Positions 20,487-30,261 of a stretch of DNA of 64,000 nt are shown piece after piece. The notes beneath the pieces are model-generated. The model saw only the letters and a list, made by a program, of their open reading frames with translations. It had not been told where the DNA came from and made no database searches. Position 1 is the stretch's first letter. Every line of letters starts with the position of its first letter. The position numbers and the translations under genes were made by a program. Origin of the DNA: a virus (taxonomy: Duplodnaviria > Caudoviricetes); IMG/VR virus record IMGVR_UViG_3300048852_000007, positions 11,893 through 75,892 of that record, one strand, 5' to 3'.

Positions 20487-22655
20487 TCATATAACTGCTT
20501 CCAGTCTATCACTGAGTACGTTGAAACCAATAGCTTCTTCAACTTTAGGGCGCTTCTCACCCTCTTTGACTGGCTTGGTGAGGGCTTTGGTCACTTCCAG
20601 AGCCTGATTACCTCGGCTCTGAGCCTGTTGTTTCTGCAACTCTCGGGCATGTGTCGTACCCGTCTCTTGCTCAACGAAGTTCAGATCCTGGATATCAGCC
20701 TTGGATTTGGCTTCCTGTGCCCTGGCCTGGTTCAGCTGTGCCTGGCTCTCCAGCTCCAACACCTCGGCCTGGAGCTTCCGCAGTTCGAGCTGCTTCATCT
20801 GCTCCACCAGGGGATCCGGCTGCGGTTTGAAGGTAGCGATCTTGTGGGCCAGAGCCGGCATCCGCTTGAGCTCGGCAATCTCGGCCATGATCAGCTGCGC
20901 CAGGTCCGGCATGTTGGGGCCGACCGTTTGCAGCATAAAGGCCATGTCCTGGGCCTTGGCGTTGTCCACCTCGACCGTGGAGATATCCACTTCCAGGTCG
21001 AAGTTGCCCTTGAGATCCTCCCGGAGCACTTCGACGAACTCAGTGTTGGTGACCCGGACCACCTCCTTGTCGGAGAGGAATTCGGCATTCATGGCGATGA
21101 TCTTGCGGCCGATCTCCGTCATGCCCTTCGCCAGGCGACGGAGGATGGCCATCTCCCGCTTGGAGGCAGCGTCCAGCACACCTCGGATACCGGCCGCCAC
21201 ATCGCCATAGGCTTCCCCGGAGACGCCACCAGAGAAGCTCTTCACGCCTGTCAGGGCCTCAGCCTCCTGGTTCTGGAGGTTCAGCATCAGGAGTGCGCTC
21301 TGCGGCAGCTCGGGATACTTGTGCTCGATGTGGCCATTGGCGGGATGGACACTCGGGTTGAACTCATAGTCCCGACCATCCTCGAACCGCCGACGGTTCA
21401 GCGGATCCAGCATCCCCTTGGCAAAGCCCTGCTGACCATTGGCCGACCGACCCAGCAGGTCGATCATGCCTCGGGTGACCGCACCCAGGATCTTCTGGTT
21501 GTCCTCCAGCAGCTCGGCATCAGGCTCGCCGTAGAGGTCCCGCTTCACCGGCAGGTAGGGAACCACCACAAAGGGCACTTCCTCGTCCGGGAAGGGATTC
21601 ATCTCCATGCGGATGATGACATCGCCGATCCAGGTAGCGACGAAGGGCACCAGCTTGCCGTTGCCCTCTACGTCGTAGAAACCCCAGTACTCGTAGGCCA
21701 CCACTTTCTTGCGGGAAGGGTCGTTGAAATTGAACTCGACCGGGGTCTTGGTCTCATGGTTCGGCTCACTCATCGGAGTGTTGGCCTGCCAGTTGACCTT
21801 ATCGAGGTTCTTGTAGCGTTTGCCCTCTTTCTTCAGCTCGGCCTGATAGGTCTCGAAGGAGACGATGACGAACATCGCCTTCGTCAGATCCCCCTCACAG
21901 GAGGGGTCGATGAAGACGTTCCTCGGGTTCATCACCCGAAGAGTGGGCTTGTTCTCGATAACCTTCTCGACGGTGACCTCTTGCTCACCCGTCTGCACCG
22001 CCACGGTGGCGACCTGGTTCTCCTCGTAGTAGGCCACCGCCTCCTTGAGAGCCGGAGGAGCCTTCTCCTCGAAGCCCCGGAGATTCTCTTGCTTCAGTGC
22101 CAAAGCCTGTTGGAGCTGCTCAGCCTGCTCGGGGGTAGTGACCTCAAAGTGGGTCCAGACCGGAGCCATCTCCTTGACCGGGACGGTGACCCGCTTCCAA
22201 CCCACCTGGACGATGCTGGTGCCTTCATCCACGGTGGCCCGAACATAGTCGTCGATGAACTTCACCCGGTTGAGTTTGGTGCGGAACTGGTAGTTCAGGA
22301 CCAGCTCATTCTGCTTGGCTCCGGCCTCATCCTCGAAGGTGGTGGGGCTGACCTTGAAGAGCTTGTTGGAACCAAGGAAAGGCTCCGTCAGGGCCGAGTA
22401 ACGCCACTCAGCCTGGCGACGAATGAGCTTGGGCTGGACGGAGGAACGCCCCTTGTTCTTGGGAGCAGCCGCACTTCCCCGAACCTGCATCAGGTCGTTC
22501 CAATGCTGGATCCGGGTAACCTGTGCCTGCTGGGCAGGTGTAGCCGCCTCCAGATCCTGCTTCAGTTGCTGGATCGAGGGCTCTTTCTTCCAGCTGGTCA
22601 GCTTCTGAGAGGACGCCTCACTTCGCTGAAACTGCATTCCGTCCATGTAAAGCAT
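20487..22655 (-). CDS. Portal protein (N4 gp59-like)
   Basis: 722 aa; [26 protein letters not shown] and [28 protein letters not shown] motifs. Confidence 0.93.
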   Translation of the reverse strand: MLYMDGMQFQRSEASSQKLTSWKKEPSIQQLKQDLEAATPAQQAQVTRIQHWNDLMQVRGSAAAPKNKGRSSVQPKLIRRQAEWRYSALTEPFLGSNKLFKVSPTTFEDEAGAKQNELVLNYQFRTKLNRVKFIDDYVRATVDEGTSIVQVGWKRVTVPVKEMAPVWTHFEVTTPEQAEQLQQALALKQENLRGFEEKAPPALKEAVAYYEENQVATVAVQTGEQEVTVEKVIENKPTLRVMNPRNVFIDPSCEGDLTKAMFVIVSFETYQAELKKEGKRYKNLDKVNWQANTPMSEPNHETKTPVEFNFNDPSRKKVVAYEYWGFYDVEGNGKLVPFVATWIGDVIIRMEMNPFPDEEVPFVVVPYLPVKRDLYGEPDAELLEDNQKILGAVTRGMIDLLGRSANGQQGFAKGMLDPLNRRRFEDGRDYEFNPSVHPANGHIEHKYPELPQSALLMLNLQNQEAEALTGVKSFSGGVSGEAYGDVAAGIRGVLDAASKREMAILRRLAKGMTEIGRKIIAMNAEFLSDKEVVRVTNTEFVEVLREDLKGNFDLEVDISTVEVDNAKAQDMAFMLQTVGPNMPDLAQLIMAEIAELKRMPALAHKIATFKPQPDPLVEQMKQLELRKLQAEVLELESQAQLNQARAQEAKSKADIQDLNFVEQETGTTHARELQKQQAQSRGNQALEVTKALTKPVKEGEKRPKVEEAIGFNVLSDRLEAVI

Positions 22656-22674
22656 TCCTCAAGTCGCGTTAAAG

Positions 22675-23355
22675 TTACCCTAGCGCAGAGAGGGCAGCTT
22701 TGTAGAGTTCTTTTCTTTCCTGAAGCCCAGCGTCACCACCGTTGATGATCTTGGTACAGGCGACGACATCACCACGACTGGCCGGAATCAGAAGATTATT
22801 GGTCCGCCAGAACCAGAGAGCCGAAGCAACAGCGCCTTGAGGGGTACGGACATAGGCCGCTGCTTCCTCGGGGGTCCTGCCAATGGCCTTACCGAACGCC
22901 GTGAAGTTGGCTCGGCCGGTGAGCTGGATCAGCCCACCACCCCGAAACACCCAGCCATCGTCGGTATCCACACCACGATTGCCCAGACGACCACCGTAGT
23001 AGAGGTTGGCGATCATCTTCTGGTCTGCCCGATGGAGGTAGACACCTCCACTGGTTCGGACATAGCCATAGGCTTCGGCCTGGGCGTTGGTGAAATACTT
23101 CCGCCGGTTGTCGGTCTTAAGGGCCTGGACCGAGTAATTCAGGTTCTCTGAGAGGGTGCTGAAGTGACTGCTCTCATGCGCCAACTGGCACACCAGCATG
23201 GCGATACCCTGCCTGCTGGTGATGGTGTTGAAGCTGTCCCCAGGGACGATCCGTGCTTCGTCCAGCAGGGGGGCATAGAGCCGGGCATTGATGTCATTGG
23301 CCCCCACTGCCCGAAGCAGGTCAGTGGAGATCCGGGCAGCCGGGAGGAAGATCAT
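22675..23355 (-). CDS. Endolysin, glycoside hydrolase family 19
   Basis: QLAHES, ENLNYS, FRGGGLIQLTGRANF and TKIINGGDAGL motifs. Start placed at ATG 23355, which overlaps the holin stop (TGATG). Confidence 0.9.
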   Translation of the reverse strand: MIFLPAARISTDLLRAVGANDINARLYAPLLDEARIVPGDSFNTITSRQGIAMLVCQLAHESSHFSTLSENLNYSVQALKTDNRRKYFTNAQAEAYGYVRTSGGVYLHRADQKMIANLYYGGRLGNRGVDTDDGWVFRGGGLIQLTGRANFTAFGKAIGRTPEEAAAYVRTPQGAVASALWFWRTNNLLIPASRGDVVACTKIINGGDAGLQERKELYKAALSALG

Positions 23356-23804
23356 CAGCGTCGCACCGACTGAGTGGCGACGCCGTTCCGCTTGTCCTGG
23401 CTCCGGAGCCAAGAGACACCCAGCATCGGTCCAATCAGACCAATGATGTCATCGAGGCCGAGATCAGGACGGGGAACCAGGCCACCAGCGGAGATGCAGG
23501 CATAGGCCCACAAGCCAATGCCCACGGCCGAGCCAATGCCGTAGTACATGAACAGCGACAGGCTACCGACCCAGATGATGGAAGGCCGGGCTCCTGCGAC
23601 GAACCAGTGAGGGCTGGCAGCCTCGATCTTCGCCACATCGAGCTGGGCCTGGATCGGCGCCATGGTGGCTTCGAGCTCAGCCCGCATCTTGATAGCATCG
23701 GCATTGGCCCGGTCCTCAGGACGCGGCCAAAGGCGAGCCATGACGTTATCAATGACGCTGCTCACCGAAGAAGCCAGCGTCCCCATACCAGTAAGATCAC
23801 TCAT
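23355..23804 (-). CDS. Putative holin (3TM/GTA-holin-like)
   Basis: Q.DVAKIEAAS..WFVAGARPSIIWV motif, hydrophobic segments, coupled to the endolysin. Confidence 0.7.
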   Translation of the reverse strand: MSDLTGMGTLASSVSSVIDNVMARLWPRPEDRANADAIKMRAELEATMAPIQAQLDVAKIEAASPHWFVAGARPSIIWVGSLSLFMYYGIGSAVGIGLWAYACISAGGLVPRPDLGLDDIIGLIGPMLGVSWLRSQDKRNGVATQSVRR

Positions 23805-23827
23805 GCTGAGTCCTCTTCTTCAGTGCA

Positions 23828-24562
23828 TCAGGCGACGATGAAGCCCATGTACGGGCTGCCTGGCGCCCCCGTACCTGGGGCCAGGGACGGCAGTGCGGCC
23901 GGGAAGAAGCTGTTGGCGGCTGCATAAGTGAGAGCGGCGGTCAGCCGGGACGAACTGCCGCTAGTCGAGATTCCCGAGAACGTGGTCCCGCCCGTGTACC
24001 AGGCGAAGCCGCCGGCCTGGATAACGTTGTGCGCCCAAGTGCCGGGTTGGGCCGCACCGTTAAAGCAGGCCGTGGTGATGTACATACCAGGTGGAAGGGT
24101 CAGATTAGTTGAGAACAACCCATCCGCCGCCCCCACCGCCCCATTCATGTCGATGTCGTTGACGATCTCGGCCAGTTTGGCGCCTGCGAGCGAGTAGATC
24201 GCCATCTTGCCGCTGACGCCTGCGACGGCCGTGCCAATCCGCAGTGATAATCCTGAGATGGTCACAGGATGCAGGATCGACGTGTACTGAGCGTACAACG
24301 TATTCGCTGTAACAGCGGCATTGTTGATAAGCGACTGCGTAAGAAGCGGGCCGTACCGCCTACCACTGACATAACCAGGATGGCTCCGATCAGGAGCACC
24401 TTCATCCGCAAGCCGTTGAGCGATACTATCAATGCTCTCCAAAACATCCAGCTGCTTTCGAGCAGATCCTGTGATCATAAGTTCAACTCCGGCGAATGCG
24501 GCAAGTTTGGCTTCAATGTTCCCTAGAACATTGAGAAGGTTTTCAGCAGCAAGGTCAGGCAT
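23828..24562 (-). CDS. Hypothetical beta-rich protein, possible tail accessory
   Basis: 244 aa, Gly/Ala/Thr rich, between tailspikes and lysis genes. Confidence 0.55.
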   Translation of the reverse strand: MPDLAAENLLNVLGNIEAKLAAFAGVELMITGSARKQLDVLESIDSIAQRLADEGAPDRSHPGYVSGRRYGPLLTQSLINNAAVTANTLYAQYTSILHPVTISGLSLRIGTAVAGVSGKMAIYSLAGAKLAEIVNDIDMNGAVGAADGLFSTNLTLPPGMYITTACFNGAAQPGTWAHNVIQAGGFAWYTGGTTFSGISTSGSSSRLTAALTYAAANSFFPAALPSLAPGTGAPGSPYMGFIVA

Positions 24563-24580
24563 CTGTATTCCCCTGTTTGT

Positions 24581-24808
24581 TCAATGAGCAGGGTAGAATT
24601 TGGCGATCAGAGCACCGATGGCGCCGCTGATTGACACCAGAGTCATGACTGTCTTCCAACCACCCTTGGCTTGAGCCATGGCATCCCGCATTTCGCGGAT
24701 CTGTCCGGCCATAGTGTCCAAGGTCTTGACCAGATTCTCCACTTCTCCTCTGAGATGCTTCACCTCAGTCTCAAGCTGGCCGAACTCACGCGCAGATATT
24801 TCAGCCAT
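24581..24808 (-). CDS. Small coiled-coil protein with C-terminal membrane helix (holin/antiholin-like)
   Basis: 75 aa heptad region followed by WKTVMTLVSISGAIGALIAKF. Confidence 0.55.
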   Translation of the reverse strand: MAEISAREFGQLETEVKHLRGEVENLVKTLDTMAGQIREMRDAMAQAKGGWKTVMTLVSISGAIGALIAKFYPAH

Positions 24809-24989
24809 TGGTCGAACCTCAGGGATACCTCAGGGGAGGGGTGTATTTGGAACAGTGATAGAATAAAGCAGTCCTCTAAAGCCAGAGAGGGTGTTGCTTT
24901 GCATGATGTTTAGGAGGTGGTGGAACCAGTAACTGGTCTTCCACTACGACCCAAAGTTACCTCTATTGGGGTTAGTCCTTATTCAGAGA

Positions 24990-27161
24990 CTAACGCACCA
25001 ACCATTCTTCGATACCTGGGGCGACTTCTCCCAGGAATACCCAGCGGTCTCCTCGGGGAGTGCCAGTACGAAGACGCAAGCGACCCAGCAAGCCGACCAA
25101 GCACCACTCGGGACGGTCCTCCCGTGAGGTGTAAGTCAGCTCGGGATCGAAGTCCGGGTTGAGTACCCGTTCTCCTGCTATGTCCAGAACCAGAGAACCG
25201 TAGACATCACGGAGATACTTCCCCCGCCATTGCAGGGTATCTCCGCTACCAACCACGGCAGGCACGGCTGAGACTGCTCCAATCAGGGCAGTAGGGGGGT
25301 CACCCTCGATTGCCAGACGGATCTTGCTGGATCCAGCAGACACCACCGGCAGACCCCGACGATCCTCTTCGGACGGATTGCCGTCCTCCCATTCCATCCA
25401 TTCTGCGTAGTCGGCTCCTCCGCCGGTCCAAGCTCCATCACACCAGGCATTGCCATCCCCACGCAGCAGAAAGCTGTTGTTCGTGCCTGCATCAGTCTGG
25501 GCGTGCAGGTGGAGGAACCCGGTACTTGCAGCTCGGGTCGCCGTAGTCTGTATCAGATCCCCGGTGAACCCACTGTGCGTTGCTTCTACCTTATGAACGG
25601 TAACCGCCGCCTGGGGAGACGACGCACTCAACTCGTCGAAGACGCCATTGTCGTCCCGCATGAACAGCCGAGCACCTGCCCCATAGAAAGGCAGCGGAGC
25701 AGTGTTCTCAGTGTCGTAGCTGTCAATGCGATTCCGGTTGCTGGGTATGACCGCAACCTCGGTACCTTGGGCAATAACCCCACCAGCGCCGGGAGATAGC
25801 TGATAGAACCTGTTGGCTCGGGCAGTCCGTAGGGCATCGACGCCAGCACACAGGACAACACCCACACCCGTACCACCGCCAAAGCGGAACAGCCGGGTAT
25901 TCAGGAAGAGGTTGTTGTCAGCGTTGGAAAGCAGCAGTCCGGTGTTGAATTTGTAGAGCCCGAACACATCGTAGAACACATTGAAGCTGGTGTTCGCTTC
26001 CACCGGAAGAATCGCACCCTCCTGACCATCCAGGGTCAGAATCGTCCCGGCCGCAGTGCCAACTTGCTTTCCTTGGATCCAGAACCGGCAATGCTGGGTA
26101 TCCCGAGCCTCCCCCAGCGTATCAATGACACCGACATAAACCCCATGAACCGCGGTGTCCTCGACGTAGACATCAAAATCACCATGGAAGCAGGATCGAA
26201 CCTGAAGGCCCGTCCCTGCTCGGGTGGTTCCATTGCTACCCGTCAAGGCGATCCGCTTGACCGCAGCACCAGAAACCCGCTGACCCAGAACATTCGCATC
26301 TGGCTCGACGGTGACCATGGTACCGCCATTGGCACCGCCCCAAAGGAACCTGGTGCAGAAATCGGAGGTGGCACTCAATGCGTCATGTTGATTGCCACCC
26401 GCTTCACCCAGCAATCGGACATTGGATTTACGAACACGCACACCACTGTTGAGCAGGTACGTCCCATGCCCGAACAGGAGGGTGCCACCGCCCCGTGCCT
26501 CAAGTGTGTTGATGGCTTGTTGGATAGCTGCTGCATCATCGACCAGGCCAGTACCGACTGCACCGAAATCACGAGCGTGCAGCGTATCGGCAAAGCGTGC
26601 GCTCAATAGACGAGATGTAGGGGTACCAGCGGCCGTCACAGAAGCCGCCGAGGCATTGCCTGTCAGCGTTGCCAGCGACGCATCCATCTCGTCGCTCAAA
26701 GCGTCCAGCCCATCATTGATAGAGGTCTGAAGCGATGAAGTCGCCGTCGAGATTTGAGAGTTTACATTCGTCTGGAGCGACGCCAGATCCGCATCTACAC
26801 TGGTCTGAAGTGCCTCAAAGCTTGTCTGAAGAGAGTCAACCTCAACCTGAAGCGCGTCAATCTGAGTGTCCAGGCTTGTCTGGAGCGCAGTTGTTGCCTC
26901 CAGCAGCTCAGCATCCAGATAGGTCTGAAGCTCCGTTGTCAGCGCGTCTCCGATATAGGAGTGCAGGTCACTGACCTCGAACATCCCAGGATTCGAGCCC
27001 TTATAGCCAACCAGCTTGCTCGGAGCCGTGACAGGACCAAGGGAAGGTAGCTCTGATAGGAGCGTCGCAAAGGGATCAGGCGACACCATCTGGCTGGAAT
27101 GCGTCTCCCATTGGTTTGTGGAGACGAATTCCTCGAAGGGCACGTAAGGCTGAATAGCCAT
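24990..27161 (-). CDS. Tailspike 2: coiled coil, pectate-lyase-3-like beta-helix, C-terminal intramolecular chaperone (Peptidase_G2-like)
   Basis: ARDFGAVGTGLVDDAAAIQQAI, then GADYAEWMEW, NPDFDPELTYTSREDRPEW and VGLLGRLRLR as in phi29 gp12-type chaperones. Confidence 0.85.
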   Translation of the reverse strand: MAIQPYVPFEEFVSTNQWETHSSQMVSPDPFATLLSELPSLGPVTAPSKLVGYKGSNPGMFEVSDLHSYIGDALTTELQTYLDAELLEATTALQTSLDTQIDALQVEVDSLQTSFEALQTSVDADLASLQTNVNSQISTATSSLQTSINDGLDALSDEMDASLATLTGNASAASVTAAGTPTSRLLSARFADTLHARDFGAVGTGLVDDAAAIQQAINTLEARGGGTLLFGHGTYLLNSGVRVRKSNVRLLGEAGGNQHDALSATSDFCTRFLWGGANGGTMVTVEPDANVLGQRVSGAAVKRIALTGSNGTTRAGTGLQVRSCFHGDFDVYVEDTAVHGVYVGVIDTLGEARDTQHCRFWIQGKQVGTAAGTILTLDGQEGAILPVEANTSFNVFYDVFGLYKFNTGLLLSNADNNLFLNTRLFRFGGGTGVGVVLCAGVDALRTARANRFYQLSPGAGGVIAQGTEVAVIPSNRNRIDSYDTENTAPLPFYGAGARLFMRDDNGVFDELSASSPQAAVTVHKVEATHSGFTGDLIQTTATRAASTGFLHLHAQTDAGTNNSFLLRGDGNAWCDGAWTGGGADYAEWMEWEDGNPSEEDRRGLPVVSAGSSKIRLAIEGDPPTALIGAVSAVPAVVGSGDTLQWRGKYLRDVYGSLVLDIAGERVLNPDFDPELTYTSREDRPEWCLVGLLGRLRLRTGTPRGDRWVFLGEVAPGIEEWLVR

Positions 27162-27193
27162 GACTCTTTATGCTCCGACACAAGAATTGGAGA

Positions 27194-29308
27194 TCATTTG
27201 GCTACCCAGCCGGTGGTCCCGGTCCCGCTCTCTTTGACGTAAAGGCACGTACCTGCGCCGCCGTCTGCACGACGGTACTGGCTACCTACAGGCGCAGCTA
27301 CGACGCCTTCCGGTGAACCGTTCCCAGTAAAATCCATCACGAATCCTGTGGTGGTGCCGGTGACAGCGTGCGCAGTCGGCATCCCGAACCGCACATCCGC
27401 AGTGGTCAGATCAATGGAGGTGATCCGCTGGCTAAGGGCGATATGCGCCCAGGCGATGCCGTCCGCGCCCGTTACCGTGCCGGTAGTGTGCGTAGGTGGA
27501 TTTGCGCAGGTACCCCCGGCATTAGTCACCTGATAGACGCGGTTATTCGAGTGGAACTTGAATGCGCCGTAGCCGACGCTCTGCCCGTTCGTCCAAAGAG
27601 AGACCTTGCGTGAGAATCCGCCTACCACATTGTTTGTGGCGGGGGATTGAGACCATAGATCAATGTGGTCATCATCGTAGATCGCGTTGTTGCCGCTACT
27701 CGTGCCGTCGCTAAATTTGGCGGTGGCATAGCGATAGATGCGGTTGCCCGAAATGAAGTTGCCGTTTGGCTCGGCGGACCCCAGATTGAGTACCGCGACG
27801 AACTCCCAACTTACCCCATCAACGACAACGGTACCGCTGGTATGCGTTGGGGCCGTTGTCCCGGAAGTGCCGGCCGCTGTCGCCCGATAGACATTTGCGC
27901 CGTGGCGGACGATATTACCCGTCGTGTAGGACGTGGCCGCAGCCCAGGCGCTGAAGTTGCTGGCATCAATGCGAATGCCATAATCCTGCGTCTTAACGTC
28001 TTGATCGTCGTCGCAGAGATTGCCGCAGATTGTATTGTTCTGCGCTGTGCCGCCGCTGGAGGCACCGATACCAATCCCAGAGCGGCGGATGGCTGCGCCG
28101 TCTGGATCATACTCCCAGAATTCCGGGTTATGGACCTGACCATTGGAGATGCAGGAGTTCCCCGTGACGGTGTTCTCCCGGCCGAAAACGAAGATGCCGT
28201 GGTCGCGGTTTTTGTAGCTCGTGTTGCCGGTGACGACATTGGCCCAGCCGGTGATGCTGATGCCGTTGTCCCCGCACCCCTCAGCGTGATTGCCGATGAT
28301 ACGGTTATGGTGGGCGGAGTAGTTGAGCCCGATCAGCTCAATCTGGTTCCGGTCACACCAATTGCCGATAATCAGGTTGCGGTGGGCGCCTTGCTCAAGG
28401 CCAACGCCGAAGCCGCCGGTCCAACTAAACTCGCAATCCTGCACCGTATTACGCGAGACATTGGCCCCGACGAGGCCGACGCCGCCTGCGAAGCCGTCCC
28501 GGAACCGACAGCGGCGATATGCATTCCCCGTGCTGGTGCTGGTGATAAACAGGGTGGAGGACGCATAGAGAATGTCGCAGTCTTCTACCACGCAGTTCGT
28601 CGCGTTCTGCATGAGGACGGGACCGCCCCGCGTCGTCACACCATCTTTGTTGCCGTCAAGAATTAGTCCCCGAACACGAGCGCCTGTAACCCCGTTCATA
28701 CGGAAGATGCGACCATGGCCGGTGGCACGGATCGTCGGGCGGCCAATGCCAAAGACTTCCTGCCCCGTTGCCAGATCAACGAAGCTGGTCAGGATGTAGG
28801 GGGTTATTCGATACGGCACCATGACTGGACGGCCGGTAGCGAATGCCCGCTCAAACGCGATCTGGTCGTTGATCGCCCCCTCAGTCAGAAAATCCAAAAC
28901 GCTCACAGGGTCGTCTTGACGAATTTTCGATGCCAGGACCCTGGTGACCGCTCCGGTTTCAGTCTGTGTGAAGGTTGTCCCTATAGCGGCCTCAGTCGCA
29001 GACGCAGCTGCCGCTGCCGCTTGTGTTGCCGCACTGGCCGCAGAGGTGGCAGCGGCATCCGCTGAAGTATCTGCTGCCGTAGCGGCAGCTGCGGCCTCGG
29101 CGGCCGAGTCCAACACTTCAGTAATGTTGCCCAGGTTCTCTGCTACCTCGACAATGGCCTCCATATTGTAGGTGAGATATTTCACCGCATCGAGGCTATC
29201 GGCCACCGTTTTGACAGCAGGGAAGGTCTTCCCGATCATACGGTCCACCAAAGGATCGTAACCCGCCAAGTAATCAGTCGATGGCCGCATACCCATGGTC
29301 AGACCCAC
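27194..29308 (-). CDS. Tailspike 1 with N4 gp66-type N-terminal anchor, right-handed beta-helix and two CBM-like repeats
   Basis: PLVDRMIGKTFPAVK..V.Y...NMEAI anchor, Asn/Gly parallel beta-helix repeats, C-terminal GNGSPEGVVAAPVGS..GWVAK. True start may be a few codons downstream. Confidence 0.85.
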   Translation of the reverse strand: MGLTMGMRPSTDYLAGYDPLVDRMIGKTFPAVKTVADSLDAVKYLTYNMEAIVEVAENLGNITEVLDSAAEAAAAATAADTSADAAATSAASAATQAAAAAASATEAAIGTTFTQTETGAVTRVLASKIRQDDPVSVLDFLTEGAINDQIAFERAFATGRPVMVPYRITPYILTSFVDLATGQEVFGIGRPTIRATGHGRIFRMNGVTGARVRGLILDGNKDGVTTRGGPVLMQNATNCVVEDCDILYASSTLFITSTSTGNAYRRCRFRDGFAGGVGLVGANVSRNTVQDCEFSWTGGFGVGLEQGAHRNLIIGNWCDRNQIELIGLNYSAHHNRIIGNHAEGCGDNGISITGWANVVTGNTSYKNRDHGIFVFGRENTVTGNSCISNGQVHNPEFWEYDPDGAAIRRSGIGIGASSGGTAQNNTICGNLCDDDQDVKTQDYGIRIDASNFSAWAAATSYTTGNIVRHGANVYRATAAGTSGTTAPTHTSGTVVVDGVSWEFVAVLNLGSAEPNGNFISGNRIYRYATAKFSDGTSSGNNAIYDDDHIDLWSQSPATNNVVGGFSRKVSLWTNGQSVGYGAFKFHSNNRVYQVTNAGGTCANPPTHTTGTVTGADGIAWAHIALSQRITSIDLTTADVRFGMPTAHAVTGTTTGFVMDFTGNGSPEGVVAAPVGSQYRRADGGAGTCLYVKESGTGTTGWVAK

Positions 29309-30009
29309 CCTCGCTTATGGAAACGAGCATTCGAGGTGGAAATACTGGTACTCACCAGATCCTTGTCTTCCACCTCTCTACAGACCGACTCAAAGGCAGC
29401 GTAGTGCGCAAGGGACTTGGCAGTGCTGTTGTCGGAACCAATGCTACCGTAGACTTTATAAGCGATGAAGTTGGTCAATGCTTCTAAAAGAATATCTGGT
29501 AGCTCAATGGTTTCTTCCAATTCGCCCTGAATTTTGTCGTGCTTTGCCTGGTACATTACAGACAAAGCCATATCGTTCTTCGGATAGGGGACCTGGAGCA
29601 GGTTTGCCTGGGGGGTAAAGAGCGAGAGCGGCTGCTCATCATCATTCAAAGGCAGCTTACAGCCGTTGCTGTCATAGACCGTCAGGATCTTGATGATGTC
29701 CCCTTTGAAGGGCTCCCCAGGCATATCCAGCAGATACCGGATGTCTTCGTCATCGCTCCCCCCTACTGGAACATAGTTCACGGCAAAGCGGGGATTGAGA
29801 TGGTAGAAGGTAATATGGTCATAGAGCTGGACCAGAATATCATCCTCCTTGAGGACGAATCTGGAATACAGCTTCAGCAGACCCTCGTTCAGATGATGAA
29901 TAATCTTAGGCTGAGCGGCAGCAGTAATGGTGCCGTTACCTTCGTTGGACATGGAAAGATTGGACAGCTCCCCGAAGGATAGTGCCCGGAACAGGTCATT
30001 GACGTTCAC
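29299..30009 (-). CDS. Head-tail adaptor (N4 gp67-like)
   Basis: 236 aa; LSFGELSNL, LNEGLLKLYSRF and NARFHKRGWV motifs; synteny. Confidence 0.85.
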   Translation of the reverse strand: MNVNDLFRALSFGELSNLSMSNEGNGTITAAAQPKIIHHLNEGLLKLYSRFVLKEDDILVQLYDHITFYHLNPRFAVNYVPVGGSDDEDIRYLLDMPGEPFKGDIIKILTVYDSNGCKLPLNDDEQPLSLFTPQANLLQVPYPKNDMALSVMYQAKHDKIQGELEETIELPDILLEALTNFIAYKVYGSIGSDNSTAKSLAHYAAFESVCREVEDKDLVSTSISTSNARFHKRGWV

Positions 30010-30254
30010 GACACCCTCACCATCAGCACGGAGCCATTGCGATACAGGCCACCGACGGTCACGCCACCAGAGGCAGCTGCTGCGTCATTTGCATGGTTCG
30101 GAAGGGAGGCGAGCCCGGAGAAGTGCTCAGCCACAGTAACAATGGCCTCCATGTTGGAGGCCACGTACTTGATCTCATCCAGGTTCTCGGACACTTCCCG
30201 CACAACAGGGAAAGCGTTGCCGACCATCCTGTCCACCAGGGGTGCGTAACTCAT
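30006..30254 (-). CDS. Miniature protein: gp66-type anchor plus short Ala/Gly C-terminal motif
   Basis: APLVDRMVGNAFPVVREVSENLDEIKYVASNMEAIVTVAE aligns with the tailspike 1 N-terminus. Confidence 0.75.
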   Translation of the reverse strand: MSYAPLVDRMVGNAFPVVREVSENLDEIKYVASNMEAIVTVAEHFSGLASLPNHANDAAAASGGVTVGGLYRNGSVLMVRVS

Positions 30255-30261
30255 TGGATCC

